Below are positions 53,930-64,000 of a DNA stretch of 64,000 bases, piece after piece. A program made the translations under genes and the position numbers. Under the pieces are notes generated by a model. The model saw only the letters and a list, made by a program, of their open reading frames with translations. It was not told the DNA's origin and did no database searches. This stretch comes from Octopus vulgaris. Its lineage: Eukaryota. The number at the start of each line of letters is the position of its first letter. The first letter of the stretch is position 1. The stretch lies in the NCBI GenBank assembly GCA_951406725.2, contig OX597843.1:434001-498000 (forward strand), read 5' to 3'.

Positions 53930-54258
53930 CATCCAGATATATATATATTTTTCTCTCGTTTTTTCTGTGTCCCTTTCTGTAGAAGAGCGTTATACTAATA
54001 CATCTGTTTGTTTTGTACACCACCTGTCTTCGTCTTTTGTTTTTTCCGTAAACTCTCCCTAGATAGATATATATATATATATATATATACTGTTGAGTCT
54101 GGGGAGAGTCATTCTCTTTTGGTTCCTTATAATTTAACACACTCACCGGTAAAATTTCCACTGATTTACTTCTTTATTTTTCTAAAATTTTCATTGCGTC
54201 TTGCAACATTTTCAATAGTTGTTGACTCTGTCCATTATTCAAGCTGCATTCCAAATCC

Positions 54259-54319
<61 letters not shown>

Positions 54320-54424
54320 TATGGCCTGCTCGCTTAGCCAGCGGGGTGGCGTCATTCGAAGGCTAAAACAATGCGAACGCATTGTGACCAGCGATGTGTA
54401 ACAACATCTGATAGTCTGGTCGGT

Positions 54425-54458
<34 letters not shown>

Positions 54459-54460
<2 letters not shown>

Positions 54461-54835
54461 CAGGGGTGGCTGTGTGGTAAGTAGCTTGCTTACCAACCAC
54501 ATGGTTCTGGGTTCAGTCCCACTGCGTGGCACCTTGGGCAAGTGTCTTCTACTATAGCCTCGGGCCAACCAAAGCCTTGTGAGTGGATTTGGTAGACGGA
54601 AACTGAAAAGAAGCCCGTCGTATATATGTTTGTGTGTCTGTGTTTGTGCCCCACCGCATATTGACAACCGATGCTGGTTTGTTTACATCCTCATAATTTC
54701 GCAATTCAGCTAGAAAGTGATAGATTAAGTAGGAGGGTTAAAAAGTAAGTAAGTCCTGGGTTTGATTTATTCAACTAAAACCCTTCAAGGCAGTGCCCCA
54801 GCATGGCCACAGTCTAAACGACTGAAACAAGCGAA
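54459..54835 (+). mobile_element. SINE family A, preceded by a family D 3' fragment (54322-54432)
   Basis: Homology to other copies. Confidence 0.85.
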
Positions 54836-55128
54836 TGAAGACAAGAGAACACCCATACACACACACAAATACATGTGGGCATACATCTGTAGATCTGCAC
54901 ACTTACATACACACACACACATTCACAGACAAACACACACACATACAGACAGACACACAGACAGACAAGCACACACTCAGACAAACAGACACACACACAC
55001 ACACACACAGGCACACATACTCACACTGACAGACAGACAGTCACACACATACACACACACTCTCACACAGACAAACACACACACATTCAGACAGACACAC
55101 AGACAAGCACACAGACTCAGACAGACAG

Positions 55129-55159
<31 letters not shown>

Positions 55160-55654
55160 GAGGCACTCACACTGACAGACAGACAGTCACGCACACACAC
55201 CCACACACCAGTGCCTGCATGCTGGTCGCTAAGGTATGACTTCAAGGAAATTTGACTGCTATTTCTTGCATGTCAAGCAACAGACATCCTCCTAAGTACA
55301 GAAGACTGTCCCCACCACCACCAAACCCTAAGACCCCACCCTGGCAGTAAAAGGCAGACAATGTAGGAGTGGGGTGGGGCTGAAGAAGAAACTGTAAGGG
55401 GTAGCATCAGATTTCAAACCTCCCCACCCACCCTACCAGAGTATCTTCGACCCCCACCATCAACAACTACCCCACTTTCTGCCCTGCCCTGCCCAGTCTC
55501 TCTAATGGGGTGCAGGGTAGAAAGTCTGGGTATTGTAGTCAGCTGTGCATGTGTGGAATAGGGGTGGGAGAGTATTCCAAGATAGATTATCACCTAAAAT
55601 GTTTTTTTATAAGAAAATTCAATCTTACACACGCATGCACACACACACACACAC

Positions 55655-55813
55655 ACACACACACGTACCTTACCTCAAAAACAAACCCACACACACACAT
55701 ACACACACCTACCCTTACCTCAAAAACAAACCCCCCCCCACACACACACACACACGTACCCTTACCTCAACCCCCCCCCACACACACACACACGTACCTT
55801 ACCTCAAAAACAA

Positions 55814-55847
<34 letters not shown>

Positions 55848-55920
55848 ACCTTACCTCAAAAACAAACCCACACACACACATACACACACCTACCCTTACC
55901 TCAAAAACAAACCCCCACAC
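55655..55920. repeat. Minisatellite (CA)n-GTACCTTACCTCAAAAACAAACCC, about 6 units
   Basis: Direct reading. Confidence 0.85.
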
Positions 55921-56880
55921 ACACATATATACACACCCACACGCATACACACACACACATATAGATAGGTGGGCAGATAGGTGAATAGATCGGTACATAG
56001 GTACATATATATATATACACATATACAAACACATAGAAGCATATACTCACACACACACATACGTATACACACACACACAGACATATATATATATATACAC
56101 ACCCACATGCATACATACATTCACACACATATACACATTATGCACATAGATACCCATTGACACATACACATGCTTGTACTAACACACACACATACACACA
56201 CATAAGCACAAATAAATACATGCACATATACATACACACAGATATACACACACACTTATACATAAACATATATACACACACATACACACACACACGCACA
56301 CACAATCTTCTCGCATGGAAACAAGAATGGTTGAGGGGGGATCTTGAGAGGGTGGCTGGGTGGTGAGAAAGAGCCATCTGACATCTTTACGTACCCATCC
56401 ACCCAGACACACAAATGTGACATCATCCTCCGCATACACCCCACCCCCCATATTCTACCCCCACTATACTACCACCACCACCACCACACACCACCACCAG
56501 TACAACCCGAGTCATCTGTGAAAATTGACAGAGATTGCACAGATAACATGTACACACACACACACACACTATATATATATATATGCATACATATACATAC
56601 ATATATATATACATACATTCATACATACATATATATATATGCATACATACATATATATACATACATATATACACACATACATATATATACATACATATAT
56701 ACACACATACATATATATACATACATATATACACACATACATATATATATATACATGCATCCATACATATATATATATACATACATCCATACATATATAT
56801 ACATACATATATACACACATACATATATATATATACATGCATCCATACATATATATATATATATATACATACATCCATAC

Positions 56881-56935
<55 letters not shown>

Positions 56936-56984
56936 TGTGTACAGTGCTCAGGTGCACTACAACTCATCTAAAGTGTATATATAA

Positions 56985-59834
56985 TCAGGTGAAGTTTCGG
57001 CGGATTTCGGAAAGCATGAGGGCCTTAAAAGATGCAGTGTCATGGCAGTCAACAACTGACGCAGGCAGTTTATTCCATGCTTCAGCAACTCTGAGCGTGA
57101 AAAAATGTTTCCGAAAGTCATGGGAGCTGTATTGTTTTCTGACTTTGTAGGCATGTCCACGTGTGTTAGACACATGGAGATCAAAAAGGTGTTCAGTGTT
57201 GTTGTTGGTGAGGTGGTTGATAACTTTGTGGGTGTTTACCAAGTCCGTCGCCAAACGCCGGAGCTTCAGTGAATCCATGCCCAGGGAAACAAGGCGCTCA
57301 GAATATGGTAGGTGTCTGATGGAGGGTATGCGTTTGGTTGCACGTCTCTGGACAGATTCCAGGAGGTCAATGTTCTGTGCAAGATAGGGGTTCCAAATTG
57401 ATGATGCGAATTCCAAGTGTGGTCGTACCATAGCTGTATACAGTTTTAAATAGATGGCTGGAGAGCGGCTAACAAAAGACCTGCTGAGTGATGCCAAGAC
57501 ACCCTCGGCCTTCCTGACAATCTTAGAGATATGCTTTGACCAACGCAAATCACTGCTGACAGTGATGCCTAGGTCACGCTCGCAAGAGGATTTCTTGATA
57601 TCAGTGTTGTGGAGGGAGTATGTGAACGCAGGGTTTTTTCTCCCAAAATGCATGGTGGTACACTTGTCCACAGCCAGTTTCAGTTGCCAGTCTGTGATCC
57701 ATTGCTGCATTGTGTCTAGGTCTGATTGCAGGAAAGAGTTGTAGACATCAGGATCTGTCCTCTTGATTTCAAGGTACAGCTTGATGTCGTCTGCATATTT
57801 CAATACTGTGGCATTCTTTAAATTGGCATCTATGTCGTTAATGTATGCCACAAACAAGAGGGGGCCAAGGACAGATCCCTGTGGTACACCCGATGACATC
57901 TCATATGGTGTAGAGTGCTGTCCTAGAACTGTGACTACCTCCTTTCGGCTGAGGATGAAGGATTTCAACCAGTTAAAAAGGTCATCCCCCACACCCATTG
58001 CAGAGAGTTTCACCATAAGCCTTTTGTGTGGCACAGAGTTGAAAGCCTTAGCAAAGTCAAGGTAGACAACATCCACCCATGAGCCACTGTCAGTAATCTG
58101 AGTAATGTCCTCAAGGAACTCGACAAGCTGGTCACTGCAGCTGGAGTTAGGGACAAATCCATATTGTGAGGGTCGGATGAGACTGTGAGAGCTCCAGAAG
58201 TTCCAGAGTGTTTCTCTGACACACGATTCCATCAGTTTTGCAATACAGCTAGTGAGACTGACTGGGCGATAGTTGACAGGTGATGTGCGGTCGCCCTTTT
58301 TGAACAGAGGAATGACACTGGCAGTTTTCCACTGCTCCGGAGTAGCACCATTGTTGAGACAGTACTGGAAGAAAATAGAAAGCTGGTGCAAAAGGAAGTG
58401 CCTGCCACGTTTGAGAAGCAGGTATGTAACTCCATCGAGACCAGGGGAGGCATAGTTGCGCTTATTTTGAAGGTGACGTCGCAGCATTGCAGGTGTAAAT
58501 TCCATAGTTGTTATGGAGTTTGCTGTTAGTGATGGTGAAGATGGTACATTTTGACTTTCAACAGTGAATATGTTTGCATAGCACTCGGCAATGAGTTCTG
58601 CGCATTCCTTGGGGTCGTCAGTGATCTGGTTTGTGTGAGGGTTGCGAAGAGGGCCCACTGGAGAGTGAGGTCTCTGCTTTGAGTGCACATATTTCCAGAA
58701 AACCTTGCTGTCAGGATTGGCTGCTATGCACTGTTCAAATTCAAGCACTGCTTTTTTTGTCACTTGCTTGAGATGGTTGGAGGATTTATTCCGCTTCTTC
58801 CTGCTGGTGTCTGATTTATGCAACCTGTATTCCCGTTCAGCAGTCCGACGTTCCCTCCTGGCAAGTCGGACCGCTGAAGTTTCCCAAATTGCCCTTTTGG
58901 GGCGGTTCTTCTTGTTTTGTTTACGTGGCACTGATGCTGCACATGCTGCCCATATTGAGTCCAGGATACTCTGGAGTATAGTATTCACATCTCCAGAGTT
59001 GTAGAATTCACGCCAGTTTGGGTGCTGTAGTTCAGTGTGGTACAGGTTCCAATCTGCTCTCTTCCAATCGAAGGAAGCAGATTGGAGATGGTTCAGGTTT
59101 TTGTTGCCCGCAAGAGCCAGATTGGCGATGATCATAGCATGATCAGAGTCACCTAGAGGTTCCTCCGTAGTGCAATTGATAACCGCTTCAGGAGTTGTGG
59201 TGGAGAGCAGGTCCAAGGTGTTGTCGCCTCTTGTTGGAGAGGTGACTACTTGTGACCAGTTTGAGTCCAGCACAAGCTCAACAAAATCGTTTGCACTCTG
59301 TGGCCAATGGAAGGTCTCCCAATCGATCTCAGGATGATTGAAATCGCCTGCAATAAACACATAAGTGGCTGTTTTCCTGGCAGCAGCTCGGAGGACATTG
59401 CAAAGCTGTGTGTCCCGATGGTAACTTGGGGGACGATAAACAACGCCAAGCAGGAGTGTTGACATGGTCATACGCACGTCACAGAAAAAAACTTCTTCTT
59501 GTGATTCGTTCAAATCGGCACAAGGAATTACCAAAAAATTTGAACGAACGTAGACCATCACACCACCACCACGGCGGTTAGTGCGGTCCTTACGGAAGAG
59601 GTTGTACCCCGTAATGTTGAAAACCCCATTACAGAGTAAGGAATGCGCCCATGTTTCCGTGACAGTGATGAAGTCAGGGTCAACACTTCTGACGTAGGCG
59701 TTGAACAAATGTATTTTGTTGCATAAACTGCGAGCATTTAAGGACAACAATTTGTACCCTGCTCGCAGTTTATGATGGTGTGTAGAGGATGGCAGGTTGT
59801 TCTGGCTTAGTTTCCCTGAGTTGCTGTAGTTTTT
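56985..59834 (-). CDS. LINE ORF2: apurinic-type endonuclease plus reverse transcriptase (CR1 clade)
   Basis: Endonuclease motifs SLNARS, VTETW, YRPP, GDFN, SDH; RT motifs NYRPVSLTS, QYGF, LDFAKAF, GVPQGSVLGPLLF, YADD; CR1-type C-terminus VQRRATK..RGH..WNKLP. The ORF track starts at TTG 59750 but the frame stays open to 59834. Confidence 0.97.
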   Translation of the reverse strand, partial: KNYSNSGKLSQNNLPSSTHHHKLRAGYKLLSLNARSLCNKIHLFNAYVRSVDPDFITVTETWAHSLLCNGVFNITGYNLFRKDRTNRRGGGVMVYVRSNFLVIPCADLNESQEEVFFCDVRMTMSTLLLGVVYRPPSYHRDTQLCNVLRAAARKTATYVFIAGDFNHPEIDWETFHWPQSANDFVELVLDSNWSQVVTSPTRGDNTLDLLSTTTPEAVINCTTEEPLGDSDHAMIIANLALAGNKNLNHLQSASFDWKRADWNLYHTELQHPNWREFYNSGDVNTILQSILDSIWAACAASVPRKQNKKNRPKRAIWETSAVRLARRERRTAEREYRLHKSDTSRKKRNKSSNHLKQVTKKAVLEFEQCIAANPDSKVFWKYVHSKQRPHSPVGPLRNPHTNQITDDPKECAELIAECYANIFTVESQNVPSSPSLTANSITTMEFTPAMLRRHLQNKRNYASPGLDGVTYLLLKRGRHFLLHQLSIFFQYCLNNGATPEQWKTASVIPLFKKGDRTSPVNYRPVSLTSCIAKLMESCVRETLWNFWSSHSLIRPSQYGFVPNSSCSDQLVEFLEDITQITDSGSWVDVVYLDFAKAFNSVPHKRLMVKLSAMGVGDDLFNWLKSFILSRKEVVTVLGQHSTPYEMSSGVPQGSVLGPLLFVAYINDIDANLKNATVLKYADDIKLYLEIKRTDPDVYNSFLQSDLDTMQQWITDWQLKLAVDKCTTMHFGRKNPAFTYSLHNTDIKKSSCERDLGITVSSDLRWSKHISKIVRKAEGVLASLSRSFVSRSPAIYLKLYTAMVRPHLEFASSIWNPYLAQNIDLLESVQRRATKRIPSIRHLPYSERLVSLGMDSLKLRRLATDLVNTHKVINHLTNNNTEHLFDLHVSNTRGHAYKVRKQYSSHDFRKHFFTLRVAEAWNKLPASVVDCHDTASFKALMLSEIRRNFT

Positions 59835-60982
59835 TTAGTTATTGTGGGTAGAGAGCACTCAGACCAGCTGGTATCTCTCTTCCACGTTTCAGCAGTCTTG
59901 ACAAATCTCCAGATTTGTCCATCTTCCCGAAGACTGAAGCTTTCCTGTAGAGCTGAGTTCCTATTCAGGGAAGCCACTACACGTAGCTTTGGGCGTACAT
60001 CGGACGGTAAGCCTGGGCGTGTTCGGAAGGTGGTCCGATTTTCCCGCCCAGCTTTAACTGAGGCCAGATGGTAAGAGGTTGCCTCAGTGGGGTCCGTAAA
60101 AGACAACTTGATGAGCCTAGGTTTTGGGCCAGGTCGTCCAAGGCGGATAGCACCCGTTGGGGGAACGCAGCCTAGGTCTTTGGCTGAGTTGGCAGCAAAA
60201 GCCTGAAGATCAGCCATGTCTTCTGGCACCCCAATGGCAATGACTTCATGGGTGGCAGAATCCGCGGTCTTAAATGCGACAAGAGGTACAGGTACAGGGA
60301 GGTTCTTTAGCAGAGCATTCCGATAAGACCCCTCATTGTGGAGTCCAACCTGAATGGTTGCTTTTATTCCTGCTACTTCCCCTTTTAAAGCACAGATCGA
60401 TTGTTGCAGTTCTGCAAGAACCGCACTGGTCAATTGGTGTTGTTGTTGTTGCTGCTGTTGCTCTGGTTGTGGTTGATTTTGTTGTTGCTGTTGTTGTTGT
60501 TGATGTTGTTGTTGCTGCTGCTCTGGTTGTGGTTGATTTTGTTGTTGCTGCTGCTCTGGTTGTGGTTGATTTTGTTGTTGCTGCTGCTGCTGCTCTAGTT
60601 GTTGCTGCTGCTGTTGTTGTTGCTGTTGTTGTTGCTGCTGCTCTGGTTGTGGTTGATTTTGTTGTTGCTGCTGTTGCTGTTCCGCCTCCTCCACGGGAGT
60701 GGCAGGGGGAGACACAATCGTCGGTTGTGGAGGCACGCAGGCCTGACACTGAAAAGTCCAAGATTTAAGCTGAACCATCTTCCAGAGTCTATCCATCATA
60801 GCATTATGATGGCTCTTTTTTTGGCCTGGGATCTTCTGAAAGTCCGTGGCACATTGGAGGCAGACAGAGATGAGACATGTCCCACATTCGACCCAGCGAT
60901 TACGGAACGTATTTTCGGGTTCCGTACAGATGTGGCAGGTGTGATTTTCTGGGCAGTGTTCTATTTTAGAGCAGCGACCAGT
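59807..60982 (-). CDS. LINE ORF1: PHD-like zinc finger, polyQ tract, coiled coil, RRM-like region (N-terminus apparently truncated)
   Basis: 330 aa from ATG 60799; the frame is open a further 61 codons upstream (CHIC..WVECGTC..CLQC); IGVPE and IRLGR..PRLIKLSF motifs are typical of CR1/L2 ORF1. Confidence 0.85.
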   Translation of the reverse strand, partial: TGRCSKIEHCPENHTCHICTEPENTFRNRWVECGTCLISVCLQCATDFQKIPGQKKSHHNAMMDRLWKMVQLKSWTFQCQACVPPQPTIVSPPATPVEEAEQQQQQQQNQPQPEQQQQQQQQQQQQQQLEQQQQQQQNQPQPEQQQQQNQPQPEQQQQQHQQQQQQQQNQPQPEQQQQQQQHQLTSAVLAELQQSICALKGEVAGIKATIQVGLHNEGSYRNALLKNLPVPVPLVAFKTADSATHEVIAIGVPEDMADLQAFAANSAKDLGCVPPTGAIRLGRPGPKPRLIKLSFTDPTEATSYHLASVKAGRENRTTFRTRPGLPSDVRPKLRVVASLNRNSALQESFSLREDGQIWRFVKTAETWKRDTSWSECSLPTITKKTTATQGN

Positions 60983-61287
60983 CTACATACATCCATACAT
61001 ATATATATATATACATACATCCATCCATACATATATACATACATCCATCCATACATATATACATACATCCATATATATATATACATACATCCATATATAT
61101 ATATACATACATCCATACATATATATACATACATCCATCCATACATATACACATACATCCATATATATATATACATACATCCATATATATATATACATAC
61201 ATCCATACATACATATACACATACATCCATCCATACATATATATATACATACACACACATACATACATGTGTGTGTGTGTGTATATA

Positions 61288-61567
61288 CACAGACATGACA
61301 GAAGTAAATAGATACCCCATAAAACACCGTTTTATGTTTATTTTAATTTGAAAAGGTTTATATTTTTTATTAATGGATATTTTTATGCTTCGGGTTCTAT
61401 ATGCGACTGTTTAAATCATGCCATGTACAAAAGAAACCTTGGAACAGTCCAAATTTCAAAGAGGCCATATTCTGGGTCAATCTGAAGACAGACTTAGTCA
61501 GCGTAAAATCACAGAAAACCTTGTGATCCCACTTTCTACAGTTAACAGGGTGATTGTGCAATTTACC
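61288..61567 (+). pseudogene. Tc1-like transposon 5' end with transposase N-terminal HTH relic
   Basis: TA|CACAGACATGACAGAAGTA end; ATG 61418 gives [49 protein letters not shown], a Tc1-type HTH, then a stop at 61585. Confidence 0.7.
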
Positions 61568-61686
61568 ATTTATCAAAGCTGGTAAATAAACAAGATGGTT
61601 TAGTAACAGATTTCAGTCAGGAAACCCTGGGTAGCAGTATTTAACGAGACTGTTGTGATTTTTATTATAACCATTTTATTATTATA

Positions 61687-62093
61687 GGCACAGGATTGGC
61701 TGTGTGGTAAGTAGCTTGCTTACCAACCACATGGTTCTGGGTTCAGTCCCACAGCGTGGTACCTTGGGCAAGTGTCTTCTGCTATAGCCCCGGGCCGACC
61801 AATGCCTTGTGAGTGGATTTGGTAGACGGAAACTGAAAGAAGCCCGTCGTATATATGTATATATATATGTGCGTGTGTGTGTTTGTGTGTCTGTGTTTGT
61901 CCCCTAGCATTGCTTGACAACCGATGCTGGTGTGTTTACGTCCCTGTTACTTAGCGGTTCGGCAAAAGAGACCGATAGAATAAGTACTGGGCTTACAAAA
62001 GAATAAGTCCCGGGGTCGATTTGCTTGATTAAAGGCGGTGCTCCAGCATGGCCGCAGTCAGATGACTGAAACAATTAAAAGAGTAAAAGAGTA
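61687..62093 (+). mobile_element. SINE family A, full length
   Basis: Matches 1247-1660. Confidence 0.9.
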
Positions 62094-62501
62094 ATCATAT
62101 CATTACTCTTTCAAAACATTGAATGGTATGTTACTTGTTGACAAATGAAATCATGATACATGCAATTCTAAAAGGCGGAGATGCAAAGAAATAACATTTG
62201 GGGAAAAAATAATTTTGAAAATGTATTTATAGGTGGATATTAAATTATTTGGGAAACTCATTAAAAAGCACTTATTTTTTTTTAAAGAAAAAAGAATATT
62301 TAAATTTAAGGATTTTAATTTTTATGTATAAACATACAGGTACATAGACATATATACTTATACACATACACACACGCAAAACTATACATATAATCAACAG
62401 CATGGATCCATTGAGTGTACAAAGACAGTTGTGTGTGTGTGTGTGTGTAGCCATATATATATATGTGTGTGAGTAACAGTATGTATTTATATGTGACCAT
62501 G

Positions 62502-62536
<35 letters not shown>

Positions 62537-62670
62537 TTAGAGACAAAACCACTATTTTGCAAATCAAACAAGGAAAGACTTAATCAATACATAAAAAAAT
62601 TTTAATATAAAGTAAATAAATCGCCACTACAATTTTTCCCTGTAAATTTGGATTATTCTCTAATATTTAT

Positions 62671-62713
<43 letters not shown>

Positions 62714-63248
62714 TGTGTGTGTATTTGTATGTATTTTTATGTGAGCATGTATATGTATATATATATAGATAGATAGATAGATAGATATGCCTATATATAT
62801 ATATATCTACATACACACACACATTCATATATATATATACTTTATTTAAAAGCAGCAGAAATATACTCTGGTATTTGAATACTCTTTTTTTCCACCTTGT
62901 TTCACATTTATTGGCTTACTCCGGTATATATATATATGCACATGTGTATATACATGCACACACACACATATATACATATGCACATACAGATACCTGTACA
63001 CAAAGTGATGTATATATACACATGCATATACACAAACATATATACATATACACACACAAATATATATACATATGTATATACACACATGCAAGGAACAGTA
63101 ACAGTCAAAGAATGACACATAGCGGGGAGTCCAAATGGAATGGGAAGGTGATGGTGAGATGAAAGAGAAGAGGTAGAGAAGATGAAAAAGGAGGCAGAAG
63201 AGGAGGGTAGAAGGTACAAACACGCGTGCGCGCGCGTGCACACGCACG

Positions 63249-63302
<54 letters not shown>

Positions 63303-63759
63303 GAAACATGTTAACAGGAAGTGACCTGCCTTAGGTGACAGCGGAGGGGTGCCACAGGTCACTCTCTTGAGGTGGTAAAAAAAAATCTACTAAAGGTTGA
63401 CTCATTCAATCACACACACACACACACACTTCATTGCCAACCTAACCTCTCGCCACTGCACCCCTCATCCGGCATCAACCCCCCTCTACCCTGAATGCTT
63501 GCTGCCTGTTCAAGAACTTGCAGAGAATCGGCCAAATGAGTCATCGCAGACAGACAATTCATGAAGAAGGTAAATTTTATTGGAGGGGGGGCAACAACAA
63601 CAACAATAATAATAATAATAACAATAATAATAGTAATGAAAAATTTATTGATCCCAGAATTTTCTCCAAATGTAAAAAAACCCTTCCACAACTTACCCCT
63701 ACCACCTGATTCCATTGCCTACACCCTCATACCCCCTATCAAACACCCGGATTTTATAG

Positions 63760-64000
63760 AATAATAATAATAATAATCAATAAAATAATAATAATAAAAC
63801 AATGAATAATAATAATAATTAGAAGAAGAAGAAGAGGAAGAAGGAGGAGGAGAAGAAGAAGAAGAAGATGGAAAAGAAGAAGGAGAAGGAAAAGAAGAAG
63901 AAGGAGAAGAAGAAGAAGGAGAAGGTGAAGAAGAAGAAGGAGAAGAAGAAGAAGAAGAAGAAGGAGAAGAAGAAAGAGGAAAAGAAGGAGAAGAAGAAGA
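63760..64000. repeat. (AAT)n then (GAA/GGA)n simple repeat
   Basis: Direct reading. Confidence 0.9.

Larger units (their letters stand above)
52701..54060 (+). repeat. Tandem array of 8 family H units (about 150-220 bp including variable (TA)n spacers), retrozyme/Penelope-pLTR-like
   Basis: Near-identical units TTTTTCTGTGTCCCTTTCTGTAGAAGAGC..CACCACCTGTCTTCGTCTTTTGTTTTTTCCGTAAACTCTCCC(TA)n; units 1 and 3 carry the hammerhead motif. Confidence 0.9.
56896..60983 (-). mobile_element. Near-full-length CR1-clade LINE retrotransposon
   Basis: ORF1 plus ORF2, ~50-nt 3' UTR with stem-loop TGTAGTGC-ACCTGA-GCACTGTA (56940-56961), (ATT)n tail; TACATACATCCATAC(AT)n on both flanks. Confidence 0.95.

Noticed and set aside
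52701-54060. Array as CRISPR, or the YIG-containing translation as a GIY-YIG nuclease
   Set aside because: Eukaryotic context, units far too long, spacers are only (TA)n, no cas genes; the YIG arises from the (TA)n-GGG junction.
56896-56984. This CR1 as the partner LINE of the (ATT)n-tailed SINE-B variants
   Set aside because: Only the ATT tail is shared; the 3' UTR sequence does not match the SINE tails.
60274-61351. Plus-strand and alternate-frame ORFs over ORF1 (poly-L/V/A/T)
   Set aside because: Shadows of the CAG/CAA repeat.
63490-63575. Possible plus-strand exon ending GAAG|GTAAAT
   Set aside because: No recognisable product and no convincing acceptor or start; insufficient evidence.

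Overview
Eukaryotic, AT-rich, microsatellite-saturated non-coding DNA. The tRNA-derived SINE families and simple-repeat density point to an octopus/coleoid cephalopod genome (inference). No confident host protein-coding exon was found: nearly all ORF-track entries are translations of (TA)n/(CA)n/(ATT)n/(CAT)n tracts or of SINEs. The one large real coding unit is a young CR1-clade LINE on the minus strand (~56.9-61.0 kb). Its ORF1 has a PHD-like finger hidden upstream of the first ATG, a polyQ tract and an RRM-like region. Its uninterrupted endonuclease/reverse-transcriptase ORF2 has no usable ATG and is joined to ORF1 by a canonical G_GGA_AAC -1 slippery site. The window also holds at least three unrelated short repeat families carrying minimal type I hammerhead-ribozyme motifs (Penelope/retrozyme-like), including an 8-unit tandem array at 52.7-54.1 kb in which 6 units lost the ribozyme by one 40-nt microhomology deletion. 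Also present: a head-to-tail non-autonomous Helitron dimer, Dong/R4, RTE, Tc1, hAT and piggyBac-like relics, two long fold-back hairpins and a few candidate regulatory islands. All coordinates were read by eye; repeat boundaries are approximate.
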